Source: Clostridium sp. MD294 (GTDB lineage Bacteria > Bacillota > Clostridia > Lachnospirales > Anaerotignaceae). Taken from it: a DNA stretch of 40,000 nt. Under the pieces are notes generated by a model that searched no databases, had not been told where the DNA came from, and was given only the letters and a program-made list of their open reading frames with translations. The position numbers and the translations under genes were made by a program. Location of the stretch: contig NZ_CP097810.1 of NCBI RefSeq assembly GCF_000364165.2, positions 1,574,130-1,614,129 on the forward strand. Direction: 5' to 3'. Shown here in pieces: positions 1 through 9,915 of this stretch (within the stretch, counting starts at the first letter, position 1; every line of letters starts with the position of its first letter).

Positions 1-509
1 AACAAGAAATTGAAAGAATGAGCTGGGAAAATTTGAATGAAATGCAGAATAGTGGATTAGTAGAAATATATAATCACACATATGACCATAAACAAGTACA
101 AAATAGAACATATGCAGATGTGTGTTATTCTGTAATAAAAGGGGAAGAAATGCTTGATGAATATTTACAGAAAAGAAGTCTTGTAAAAGTGCTGACATAT
201 CCTAATGGAAATTATAGAAAAGATATTGCATTGGCAATGCGTTCTGATATGGAATATGATTTACAGTTGACAACAGATATTTATGTTGTAAATAGAAATA
301 CAAGTATGTTAGAAGTTCCTAGAATTACAGTGGACTCTGGGTGGACAGGAGAAGAATTGCTTCAAAAAATAGAACAGGCAGCAATAAAAACATTTTATCA
401 AAAAAAGCGTTTTGTTTTTACACCTTATAGATTAAAAGTGATGGGTATTGTTGCTTTCATTATTTTGGTTATGTTATGTATTGTTGTAAAAATAAAAAAG
501 AAAAAATAA
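1..509 (+). CDS. polysaccharide deacetylase-family protein, C-terminal part (5' end upstream of window), C-terminal TM anchor
   Basis: The frame is open from base 3 to the stop at 507-509. It has an NHTYDH-type motif and PRITVD context typical of NodB-fold deacetylases. A hydrophobic tail (MGIVAFIILVMLCIVV) is followed by a K-run. Confidence 0.55.
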   Translation, partial: QEIERMSWENLNEMQNSGLVEIYNHTYDHKQVQNRTYADVCYSVIKGEEMLDEYLQKRSLVKVLTYPNGNYRKDIALAMRSDMEYDLQLTTDIYVVNRNTSMLEVPRITVDSGWTGEELLQKIEQAAIKTFYQKKRFVFTPYRLKVMGIVAFIILVMLCIVVKIKKKK

Positions 510-538
510 TATAAATTCAAGAAAGAGGGCATTTTATT

Positions 539-1282
539 ATGAGAAAGAAAATTATTGCAGGAAACTGGAAAATGAACAAAACACCAAAGCAGGCAGCAGA
601 ATTGTGTGCATTGTTGAAAGACAAAGTAAATACAGATAAAGTAGATGTAGTATTCTGTGTACCAGCAGTAGATATTGCTACAGTAGTAGAAGCAGTAAAA
701 GGTACAAATATTGCAGTTGGAGCAGAAAATATGCACTTTGAAGAAAGCGGAGCATATACAGGAGAAATTGCACCAGCAATGCTTACAGAAATGGGTGTAA
801 AATATGTTGTAATAGGACATTCCGAAAGACGTGAATATTTTGGAGAAACAGATGAAACAGTAAATAAAAAAGTAAAAAAAGCATTAGAACATAATTTAGT
901 GCCTATTATGTGCTGTGGTGAAACATTACAACAGAGAGAAATGGGTATCAATATTGAAATCGTGCGTATGCAAGTAAAAGCAGGATTGTATGGATTAAGT
1001 GCTGATGATGTAAAAAAAGTAGTGATAGCATATGAACCAATATGGGCAATTGGTACAGGAAAAACAGCAACAAGTGAACAAGCACAAGAAGTTTGCTGTG
1101 CCATTAGACAAGTTGTTGGAGAAGTATATGGAAAAGAAACAGCAGAAGAAACTCGTATACAATATGGTGGTAGTGTAAATGGAAAAAATGCAGCAGAATT
1201 GTTTGCAATGGCAGATATTGATGGTGGATTAGTAGGCGGAGCAAGTTTGAAAGAAGAATTTGCAAGTATTGTAAATTATTGA
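539..1282 (+). CDS. tpiA: triose-phosphate isomerase
   Basis: 247 aa with the hallmark motifs [17 protein letters not shown] and [11 protein letters not shown]. An RBS-like AGAGGG lies upstream. Confidence 0.95.
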   Translation: MRKKIIAGNWKMNKTPKQAAELCALLKDKVNTDKVDVVFCVPAVDIATVVEAVKGTNIAVGAENMHFEESGAYTGEIAPAMLTEMGVKYVVIGHSERREYFGETDETVNKKVKKALEHNLVPIMCCGETLQQREMGINIEIVRMQVKAGLYGLSADDVKKVVIAYEPIWAIGTGKTATSEQAQEVCCAIRQVVGEVYGKETAEETRIQYGGSVNGKNAAELFAMADIDGGLVGGASLKEEFASIVNY

Positions 1283-1390
1283 TAACAATAAAAAAGTATA
1301 GAGATAGTATTTTTTATTTTTCTTACAGGGGAGAACCCTTGAGAGATTGCAATATAGTGTTTTTTGTAATCTGAAAATAAGGAGGCAATT

Positions 1391-2938
1391 ATGAGTAAGA
1401 AAACAACAGTGTTGATGATATTAGATGGTTTTGGTATAAATGATAAAACAGAAGGTAATGCCATTAGACAAGCAAATACACCTACAATAGATAAAATCAT
1501 TGAAAAATACCCATGTGTAAAAGGATATGCGAGTGGACTTGATGTAGGATTGCCAGAGGGACAAATGGGCAATTCCGAAGTAGGACATTTGAATATAGGA
1601 GCAGGACGTATAGTATATCAAGAATTGACAAGAATTACAAAATCAATAGAAGATGGCGATTTTTATGAAAATGAGGAATTGCTCAAAGCAGTAGAAAATT
1701 GTAAAAATAATGATAGTGCATTGCATTTGTTTGGATTGCTTTCAGATGGTGGAGTGCATAGCCATAATACACATTTGTATGCTCTGCTTCAACTAGCAAA
1801 AAGAAATGACTTAAAAAAAGTATTTGTACATTGCTTTTTAGATGGTAGAGATACACCACCATCATCAGGTATAGAGTATTTGGCACAATTAGAGGAAAAA
1901 ATGAGAGAAATTGGCGTTGGTAAAATCGCCACAGTATCAGGACGTTATTATGCTATGGATAGAGATAAACGTTGGGAAAGAGTACAAGTAGCATATGATG
2001 CCATTGTGTCAGGAAAAGGCGTGACAGCATTTAGCTCAGAGGAATGTATTAAAAAATCATATGAAAATGAAAAAACAGATGAATTTGTGCTGCCAACAGT
2101 AATTACAAATGAAGAAGGGAAAGCGATTGGCACAATAAAAGAGAAAGACTCTGTTATATTCTTTAATTTCCGCCCAGATAGAGCAAGAGAAATTACAAGA
2201 ACATTCTGTGATGAAGCATTTGATGGATTTGAGAGAGTAAATGCACCAAAAGATATTACATTTGTATGTTTTACAGAATATGATGTAACAATAGAAAATA
2301 AATCAGTAGCATTTAAACCACAAAGATTAACAAATACATTAGGAGAATATATTTCATCATTGGGATTAAAACAGCTTAGAACAGCAGAAACAGAAAAATA
2401 TGCACACGTTACATTTTTCTTTAATGGTGGTGTAGAAGAACCAAATCCAAATGAAGATAGATGGCTAGTACCTTCTCCAAAAGTAGCAACATATGATTTG
2501 CAGCCAGAAATGAGTGCAATAGGTGTAACAGATGGATTAGTAAAAGCAATCAATTCTAAAGAATATGATTTGATTATTATAAACTATGCAAATCCAGATA
2601 TGGTAGGACATACAGGAGTGCTTTCCGCAGCAATCAAAGCAATCGAAACAATAGATAGCTGTTTAGAAAGAGTATTGAAAGCATTGATTGACACAAATAG
2701 TCAAATGTTTATTTGTGCAGACCATGGCAATAGCGACCAGCTTGTGGATTATACTACAGGAGAACCATTTACAGCACATACAACAAATCCAGTACCATTT
2801 ATATTAGTAAATTATACAGATGGTATTGTATTGAGAGAAGGCGGAAAATTGGCAGATATTGCACCAACATTGCTTGAAATGATGGATATTAAAAAACCTG
2901 CTGAAATGACAGGAGAAAGTTTACTTGTAAGTAAATAA
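1391..2938 (+). CDS. gpmI: 2,3-bisphosphoglycerate-independent phosphoglycerate mutase
   Basis: 515 aa with ILDGFG, NSEVGHLNIGAGR, NYANPDMVGHTG and ADHGN motifs. AGGAGG RBS at 1379-1385. Confidence 0.95.
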   Translation: MSKKTTVLMILDGFGINDKTEGNAIRQANTPTIDKIIEKYPCVKGYASGLDVGLPEGQMGNSEVGHLNIGAGRIVYQELTRITKSIEDGDFYENEELLKAVENCKNNDSALHLFGLLSDGGVHSHNTHLYALLQLAKRNDLKKVFVHCFLDGRDTPPSSGIEYLAQLEEKMREIGVGKIATVSGRYYAMDRDKRWERVQVAYDAIVSGKGVTAFSSEECIKKSYENEKTDEFVLPTVITNEEGKAIGTIKEKDSVIFFNFRPDRAREITRTFCDEAFDGFERVNAPKDITFVCFTEYDVTIENKSVAFKPQRLTNTLGEYISSLGLKQLRTAETEKYAHVTFFFNGGVEEPNPNEDRWLVPSPKVATYDLQPEMSAIGVTDGLVKAINSKEYDLIIINYANPDMVGHTGVLSAAIKAIETIDSCLERVLKALIDTNSQMFICADHGNSDQLVDYTTGEPFTAHTTNPVPFILVNYTDGIVLREGGKLADIAPTLLEMMDIKKPAEMTGESLLVSK

Positions 2939-3047
2939 AATTTTGTGATATTTGATGAAAATATGTATTTCTGGTTGAAAATGAAATAAAAGTTTGCTAA
3001 AATATACCAAGATATACTGTAAAAGAACAAGAAAGGGCGTGTCATAT

Positions 3048-3506
3048 ATGAAACTTGCTGAAGCATTGATTGAAAGAGCAGAAATTCAAAAAAAAAATGC
3101 ACAGCTTTTCAATCGTATTACAGGCAATGCAATGGTGCAGGAGGGAGATACTCCAGCAGAAAAACCAGAAGAATTAATTGCAGAATATGATGAAAATATG
3201 AAACGTCTGTTGTTTCTTGTGCAAAAAATAAATAAAACAAATGATACCACACCATTTGAAAATGGAACTGTAGCAGATGCCATTGCACAAAGAGATAATT
3301 TAAAAACAAAAATCAGTATGTATCGCTCTGTATATGAAGCAGCAACAATACGACCTGAACGTTATAGTCAAAAAGAAGTTAAATTTGTGAGATGTATTGA
3401 TGCAAAAGCATTACAGCATACTATAAATGAACTTTCTAAACAATATAGAGAAATAGATACAAAACTACAAGGAGTTAATTGGACTGTAGATTTGATAGAG
3501 ATGTAA
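3048..3506 (+). CDS. DIP1984-family (septicolysin-like) protein
   Basis: MKLAEALIERAEIQKK N-terminus, SQKEVKF and a C-terminal NWTVDLIE pattern match my memory of this ~155-aa family. The ATG at 3048 is preferred over the track start at 2994. Confidence 0.7.
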   Translation: MKLAEALIERAEIQKKNAQLFNRITGNAMVQEGDTPAEKPEELIAEYDENMKRLLFLVQKINKTNDTTPFENGTVADAIAQRDNLKTKISMYRSVYEAATIRPERYSQKEVKFVRCIDAKALQHTINELSKQYREIDTKLQGVNWTVDLIEM

Positions 3507-3775
3507 AAAAAGGCTAAAAAGATAAATGCGTAGTACACCTAGCAGTAGGCAAACTGTATGCAGATAAGGGCATCGGACTTGTGCTAATAATATCAATGTA
3601 AAAGTCAAGTATTGTTACATGAGTACAATGTATAGAGTATTGTAAAAACCAGTACTGATTTATCTTTTAAGGGCGGGTGTGGGGAGAAAGTATAGTAAAA
3701 CGATATATGTTAACAATAGTATAATAGCTTTTAATGAAAGTAAAAAGTTATATGCTATGATTATAAAAGTAATAA

Positions 3776-5119
<1,344 letters not shown>

Positions 5120-5140
5120 TAATATAGTTTTTTATACAAG

Positions 5141-5168
5141 CCCTCCATTTTAAAAATGGGGGGTTTTG
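5141..5168 (+). terminator. rho-independent terminator after eno
   Basis: Stem ccctccattt/aaatgggggg (one G-U pair) followed by ttttgtt. Confidence 0.7.
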
Positions 5169-5254
5169 TTGTATCAAAAAATAATATTGATAGATGTTGG
5201 TAAAAGTGATAAAGTTGTAGTATAGTAATATGAAAAAGAAAGGAAGGGAACGAT

Positions 5255-6130
5255 ATGTTACATATAAATGCAATATTATATATGATGTCAGTGTTAATGG
5301 CAGGAGGAGAAATGACACCTGTAATAAATGTGGCAGAACCTCCTATCATAATAATAGAAAATGAAAAAACAGAAGCAGAGTATGACCCTGTAGAAGTACC
5401 ACCTCAGCCACAACAAAATAATGCTGCTGTAGGATACCATGATAGAAAATCATGGTGGTTTAAAAGAAATACAGAAAATATGCCTCCATCAGCACAACAA
5501 GATATAGCAATAGATAAATATGACGCGTATTATTTAGGTGATACACAAAGAAAAACAATTTATTTGACATTTGATGAAGGTTATGAAAATGGATATAGTG
5601 AGAAAATATTAGATGTGTTAAAAGAGTATGATGTAAAAGCAGCGTTTTTTGTAACAAAGTCGTATATAAGAGATAATACAGAATTGATAAAAAGAATGGT
5701 AGCAGAAGGCCATGTTGTAGGAAACCATAGCGTAACACACCCAGATATGACAAAATTGACAGACGAACAAATTGCATCAGAAATACAAGAGTGTGCTGCA
5801 TATTTTAAAGAAATAACAGGACAAGATATGCCACATTTTTTTAGACCACCAGAGGGAGTATATAGTATACATTCTTTGGAACAAACACAGTCACAAGGAT
5901 ATAAAACAATATTCTGGAGTTTTGCATATGGGGATTGGGACGTCAATAATCAGCCTGGAAAACAAGCAGCTTATGATATGGTAATGAATAATTATCATAA
6001 TGGAAGTATTATGCTTTTGCACGCTGTTTCACAGTCAAATACAGAAGCGTTGCCAGATATTATAAAAAGTTTGAGAGAAAAAGGATATACATTTATGAGT
6101 TTGGAGGATTTGCCAGAAAAAGAAGTATAA
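5255..6130 (+). CDS. pdaA: PdaA-like polysaccharide deacetylase (delta-lactam biosynthetic de-N-acetylase type)
   Basis: WWFKRN, KYDAYYLGDT, IYLTFDEGYENGY, GNHSVTHPD, FRPPEG and LLHAVS motifs are collinear with B. subtilis PdaA as I recall it. An N-terminal hydrophobic segment is present. The exact start is uncertain. Confidence 0.8.
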   Translation: MLHINAILYMMSVLMAGGEMTPVINVAEPPIIIIENEKTEAEYDPVEVPPQPQQNNAAVGYHDRKSWWFKRNTENMPPSAQQDIAIDKYDAYYLGDTQRKTIYLTFDEGYENGYSEKILDVLKEYDVKAAFFVTKSYIRDNTELIKRMVAEGHVVGNHSVTHPDMTKLTDEQIASEIQECAAYFKEITGQDMPHFFRPPEGVYSIHSLEQTQSQGYKTIFWSFAYGDWDVNNQPGKQAAYDMVMNNYHNGSIMLLHAVSQSNTEALPDIIKSLREKGYTFMSLEDLPEKEV

Positions 6131-6148
6131 AAAATAGTATATAGTGAG

Positions 6149-6736
6149 GTGACTGTTTTGAGTATTGATGTTGATATTGTAAAAACATTTGAAGAATTGG
6201 AAGAAGAAATACAAAAATTTAATAAATTAAAACAACAACAGCAAGAAATAGATTATGAACAAATTCCCACAGCAGTTGACGGTGGTGCGTTGGGAGATTT
6301 TAATGAATATATTACAACACATTATGATAAAAATAGACCTATAGGAGTAGAAGCGTTTTATCAAATAATGTCGTGGCAATGGTCGGCATTTTATGAAGGA
6401 ATAGAACTTTATTATGAAAATTTTTATGAAGAAAGTGATTATAAAACAATTATGCGTGTTGCACAATATTTAAAAGAAAATGGATATACTGAATTTAGTG
6501 AGTATTATGCTGCTCCAGCAGTAGAATATGAAGAAATTCCAGTAGAGGAATGGGAAGAATATTCAAATGGAGTAAAATATCGTCCAATGAACTATTATCC
6601 GGAAGAAATGTATCCGATATTGAAAAAAACAGAAAAATGGGCAGAAGAAAATATAGAAATGACTTGGAATTTTTATGTAGATGTTTTAATGAAAAATAAA
6701 TCAATATTGTTGGCATCACAGAAAGAAAATCAATAA
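6149..6736 (+). CDS. hypothetical acidic protein, paralog A of a tandem pair
   Basis: Long ORF with a non-ATG start (GTG 6149 or TTG 6158 after GAGGTG). Shares ELEE.IQK, DF.EY, KNRPI..EAF.QI..WQ, YLKENGY and WNFYVDVL.KNK blocks with the next ORF. Confidence 0.6.
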   Translation: MTVLSIDVDIVKTFEELEEEIQKFNKLKQQQQEIDYEQIPTAVDGGALGDFNEYITTHYDKNRPIGVEAFYQIMSWQWSAFYEGIELYYENFYEESDYKTIMRVAQYLKENGYTEFSEYYAAPAVEYEEIPVEEWEEYSNGVKYRPMNYYPEEMYPILKKTEKWAEENIEMTWNFYVDVLMKNKSILLASQKENQ

Positions 6737-6767
6737 TAAATACTATGTATTGTAATTTGGGAAGAAG

Positions 6768-7316
6768 GTGTTTTATTTGACTGTAGTAGAAATGTATCAA
6801 GAATTGGAGGAAGCGATACAAAAATTAAAAGAAGAAATAAGAGAAAAAGGAAAAGTAAAAGAATGGCCTTCATCATATAGTATAGTGTTGGGTAGTGAAA
6901 CATTGCCAGATTTTCACGAATATATGGTAAAATATTATAATAAAAATAGGCCAATATGGGCAGAAGCATTTCAACAGATTTATATTTGGCAGTTTGTAGC
7001 ACTTTATAAAAGCGAACAAGGACTGATTGACTATTATGATATGTTTAAAGAAAATAATAATTGTAACATAATTGTAGCTGTTTCAAAATATTTAAAAGAA
7101 AATGGGTATTGTAATATTTATAAATATTATGTTGCTCCTATAGTAACATATCATCAACAAAAATCAAAATATTTTGAATATCCGCATAGTATATTGCAAA
7201 AAACAAGAGATTGGATAGTAACAGAAGAAGGTCAAAAAGTGGTATGGAATTTTTATGTAGATGTGTTAAAAAAGAATAAATTAGAATTACTGGAAAGTGA
7301 AAAAGAAAAATTGTAA
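6768..7316 (+). CDS. hypothetical protein, paralog B of a tandem pair
   Basis: Same conserved blocks as 6149-6736. The start is ambiguous (GTG 6768, TTG 6777 or ATG 6792). Confidence 0.6.
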   Translation: MFYLTVVEMYQELEEAIQKLKEEIREKGKVKEWPSSYSIVLGSETLPDFHEYMVKYYNKNRPIWAEAFQQIYIWQFVALYKSEQGLIDYYDMFKENNNCNIIVAVSKYLKENGYCNIYKYYVAPIVTYHQQKSKYFEYPHSILQKTRDWIVTEEGQKVVWNFYVDVLKKNKLELLESEKEKL

Positions 7317-7580
7317 TGTAGAGAGAAGGGAAAAATCCCTTCTTTTTTTGTGTTTTGATATCGTTAAGTAATATGTAATAGAATGAATAAAACAAAAGAA
7401 AAAGCCAAAAAAATAACAGCAAATTGTGTTATGTCTAAAAAAGAGGGGTAATAAAATGACGAAAAAAGGGAGATTTTTGTATAAAAAAAAGTAAAAAAGG
7501 GGACAGGCTTTGACAAATTTCTTGTACAAGTCGTGATATATTGTGTATATCCTAAAATGAAATGAGGAGGTAACAAAAAA

Positions 7581-8819
7581 ATGCAGTATCTTTTTCATGA
7601 TGACAATAATTTATATAGTGCTGCTGGGGAACAAGATGATGTCACATTGCCGTCTAATATAAAACAGATAGGTTCTATAGAGGGGGATATTAAAATATAT
7701 GTAGAGGACTATGTACATACCTATTTGTATCAGTATGCAAGAAGTGGAGGAAATAAAGAAAAGCTTGCAGCATTGGCAGGGAAACGTGCTGTAATAGAAG
7801 GAAAAGAAGTTATAATTATTAGTGGAGCAATACAAGCAAAAGATACAAAACAACAAAAAGGGGCAGAAAGTTTTACAGAAGATACATGGAGATATATCAA
7901 TGGACAAATGGAAGTATATTTTAAAGGTTTGTCGCTTGTAGGTTGGGTGCATACACAGCCAGGATTTGGAACGTTTTTGATGGCAAAAGATGAAACATTT
8001 CATAGACAATATTTTAAAGAACCGTGGCAGGTATTGTTTGTTATAGACTCATTGGACAAACTGGATACCTTTTTTATACATAATACAGAAAAAACAGGAC
8101 TAAGACCTGCAAAGGGATATTTCATATATTATGAAAAAAACCAAGAAATGCAGGAGTATATGCTGGACAATAGTCTGGTGCGTCCACGGTTAGAAAAACA
8201 AAAAGAAAATGAAAAAGAGGAAGGAGAGGAAAAAAAGAAACGCCCTACACCAGAGCAAAGAATGGACGCCGCAAAAGATATTAGGCGTGTGCTGAAAAAG
8301 AGGGCAAAAGAAGCAGAAGAAGAGAACCGCAGCAGATTGACCATGTTGGCTGGTGTCAGTAGTATATTGTGCATCGCTTGTCTTTTTATGGGGGTTAGTT
8401 TGTTGAATAACATCAGTAGAGTCAGAAAGCTGGAAACGGAGATAGTCACAGTGCAAAATTCCTATTATGCTATGGCGGAACAGCTAGAGGAAGCACAAAC
8501 ACAGATGGTGTTTGCAGCACAAAAGGCAGAACAACAACAGCAGGAGCGACTGAAAAAAGAGGCAGAAGAAAGAGCTGCACAACAAAAGCGAGAACAAGAA
8601 CAAAAGGCCGCTGAAGAAGAAGCAAAAAGAAAAGCGGAAGAAGAACAACAGAATAGTATACTCGCACAATATGTTGTAGAAGCGGGGGACAGCCTCGGAT
8701 ATATCAGCAGTAAATTTTATGGTACAAGTGCAGGCATAAAAGACATTATGGCAGCGAATGGTATAAATGATAGAAATAAAATTATCTGCGGGCAAACACT
8801 GATAATACCAAAAAGGTAA
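7581..8819 (+). CDS. membrane protein with an N-terminal MPN/JAB-like domain (degenerate metal site), a central TM helix, an E/K/Q coiled-coil and a C-terminal LysM
   Basis: GWVHTQPG replaces the canonical JAMM HxHP motif. TM segment LTMLAGVSSILCIACLFMGVSLL. EAEERAAQQKREQEQKAAEEEAKRKAEEE stretch. LysM-like YVVEAGDSLGYISSKFYG...GQTLIIP. GAGGAGG RBS. Confidence 0.7.
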   Translation: MQYLFHDDNNLYSAAGEQDDVTLPSNIKQIGSIEGDIKIYVEDYVHTYLYQYARSGGNKEKLAALAGKRAVIEGKEVIIISGAIQAKDTKQQKGAESFTEDTWRYINGQMEVYFKGLSLVGWVHTQPGFGTFLMAKDETFHRQYFKEPWQVLFVIDSLDKLDTFFIHNTEKTGLRPAKGYFIYYEKNQEMQEYMLDNSLVRPRLEKQKENEKEEGEEKKKRPTPEQRMDAAKDIRRVLKKRAKEAEEENRSRLTMLAGVSSILCIACLFMGVSLLNNISRVRKLETEIVTVQNSYYAMAEQLEEAQTQMVFAAQKAEQQQQERLKKEAEERAAQQKREQEQKAAEEEAKRKAEEEQQNSILAQYVVEAGDSLGYISSKFYGTSAGIKDIMAANGINDRNKIICGQTLIIPKR

Positions 8820-8826
8820 AAAAGGT

Positions 8827-8865
8827 GGAGATAGGAGAAAGTGTACTTCTATCTCCTTCTGTTTT
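8827..8865 (+). terminator. rho-independent terminator after the MPN/LysM gene
   Basis: 11-bp stem ggagataggag/cttctatctcc followed by ttctgtttt. Confidence 0.7.
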
Positions 8866-8890
8866 GAAAAAGTATAAAAATATAGTAAAA

Positions 8891-8914
8891 AGACTTACAG
8901 AATGTAAGTCTTTT
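8891..8914 (+). repeat. 24-nt hairpin direct repeat, copy 1 (agacttacagaatgtaagtctttt)
   Basis: Identical 24-mer recurs at 9115-9138. It is itself a hairpin (agacttac/gtaagtct) plus a T-run. Confidence 0.9.
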
Positions 8915-9114
8915 CAGCGTGTTGATAAAGTCGACACGCTAAGTCGAAAACAGGTTTTTGACTTGTTTAAATAGAAGTGTAAACAGCTTGTTCCATGGGC
9001 TTAAAAGCCTTAAAACTCGCTGTTTTCCTCAGACGAGCAAAGCTTGTCTTGCGGATTAGTATGGGGAGTTGCACTCCCCATACCCCTTACTTTTTACGGT
9101 AAAATGATGTTTTT
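8915..9114 (+). repeat. ~195-nt multi-hairpin element, left copy (candidate structured RNA; sense strand inferred as +)
   Basis: Reverse-complement match to 28250-28447. At least six hairpins (H1 8915-8940, H2 8941-8964, nested aacagc/gctgtt with ggctt/aagcc, H5 9031-9049, H6 9061-9081). The three G-T pairs in stems are wobble-compatible only on the + strand. Confidence 0.85.
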
Positions 9115-9138
9115 AGACTTACAGAATGTAAGTCTTTT
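9115..9138 (+). repeat. 24-nt hairpin direct repeat, copy 2
   Basis: Exact copy of 8891-8914, immediately flanking the left multi-hairpin element. Confidence 0.9.
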
Positions 9139-9154
9139 AGTAATGTTGAAATTT

Positions 9155-9799
9155 TTAAATGGGTACGAATTTTACATGTAATACTTTTCCAATAATGCGA
9201 ACACGATTTTGCTCTTCACCGGAGAAAATATAAGAAGAATAAGAAGGATTTTCAGGTTGTAGTACAAGAATATTTTCTTTTTTTAGTATACGCTTTAAAG
9301 TAGCGGTTTCGTCATCAATAGTAACAACAGCAATATCACCATTATTAACGTCAGATTGTTTGCGAACAAGAACAAGGTCGCCGTCATGTATGCGAGCGTT
9401 TATCATACTGTTGCCTTTTACACGAACATAAATGTATTCATAAGAGGGATTTAATTCAGAAGCATCAATTGCTTCGTAACCTTCTATGTAATTATCTGAA
9501 AAAGAGGGATTACCAGCATGAACAGAACCAACAATAGGCAATTTGATAATAGAATTGTTTGATTGATTTATATTGTGGGTGCTGTGAAGATAACCACAAG
9601 ATACTAATAAATCTTCATAATTTACAATAGAACTAGCAATACTTTGAAGCAAACGAGCAGAGGGAGGTCTGTCTAATTTTAAATTAAGATATTTAGAAAG
9701 ATAAGTACGGTTAAAACCAGTAATTTCTGCAAATTCCGTTGAAGTTTTGCCGTTCATTAACTTGATAAGTTGTTCTTTAAAAAGATGTTTTTGAAACAT
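9155..9799 (-). CDS. CI/LexA-like repressor (XRE-type HTH plus S24 autopeptidase domain)
   Basis: N-terminal HTH (TSTEFAEITGFNRTYLSKYLN), Ala-Gly cleavage site in VHAGNP, GNSM serine and ATLKR lysine of S24 peptidases. AAGGAG RBS. Divergent from the phage late operon. Confidence 0.85.
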   Translation of the reverse strand: MFQKHLFKEQLIKLMNGKTSTEFAEITGFNRTYLSKYLNLKLDRPPSARLLQSIASSIVNYEDLLVSCGYLHSTHNINQSNNSIIKLPIVGSVHAGNPSFSDNYIEGYEAIDASELNPSYEYIYVRVKGNSMINARIHDGDLVLVRKQSDVNNGDIAVVTIDDETATLKRILKKENILVLQPENPSYSSYIFSGEEQNRVRIIGKVLHVKFVPI

Positions 9800-9833
9800 G
9801 ATGAAGGGGAACTCCTTTCTGATATATTGATAA

Positions 9834-9849
9834 TCATATTATAATATGA
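9834..9849. promoter_or_regulatory. perfect 16-bp palindrome TCATATTATAATATGA (candidate operator)
   Basis: Self-complementary sequence located between the divergent repressor and late genes. It overlaps the minus-strand -10. Related half-sites (TAATATGA / TCATAT) recur at 9908-9930. Confidence 0.5.
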
Positions 9850-9866
9850 TAATGAAAAAAAGGCAA
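9838..9866 (-). promoter_or_regulatory. candidate repressor promoter (TTGCCT-17-TATAAT on the minus strand)
   Basis: Reverse complement of 9861-9866 is TTGCCT and of 9838-9843 is TATAAT, with a 17-nt spacer. About 40 nt upstream of the repressor ATG. Confidence 0.5.
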
Positions 9867-9886
9867 TTTATAGATGATGTTTTTTG

Positions 9887-9915
9887 TTGACAAAGAACAT
9901 ATGTGCTGATAATAT
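9887..9915 (+). promoter_or_regulatory. candidate rightward promoter (TTGACA-17-TAATAT) overlapped by inverted repeat GATAATA-N6-TATTATC (9908-9927)
   Basis: Consensus -35 hexamer, 17-nt spacer, and a -10 matching consensus at 5 of 6 positions. It points into the activator/terminase operon. Confidence 0.6.

Noticed and set aside
425-2553. Long antisense ORFs in the track opposite tpiA and gpmI (for example 517-1104, 425-820 and 1948-2553 on the minus strand).
   Set aside because: They lie opposite genes with unmistakable enzyme motifs. Their translations are Cys/Phe/Ser-rich and low in information, and they have no RBS. They are a by-product of the purine-rich coding strand, which depletes stop codons on the complement.
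7510-7542. A TTGACA at 7510-7515 upstream of the MPN/LysM gene, considered as a promoter.
   Set aside because: The best downstream -10-like hexamers (TGATAT, GATATA, TATATT) sit at 18-21 nt spacing and are weak. That is not enough to report as a feature in AT-rich DNA.
8915-9114. The multi-hairpin element, considered as a tRNA/tmRNA-type integration target or a retron/CRISPR-associated RNA.
   Set aside because: I could find no cloverleaf, no T-loop GTTCRA motif and no acceptor/CCA context. There is no reverse transcriptase, cas, TnpB/IscB or IS110-type gene in the window that would make it a guide, bridge or msr-msd RNA.
9155-9799. The S24-peptidase repressor, considered as the host SOS regulator LexA.
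   Set aside because: Its N-terminus is an XRE-type HTH rather than the LexA winged helix. The gene is divergently paired with the phage late operon across palindromic operators. That fits a CI/Xre-type element repressor.
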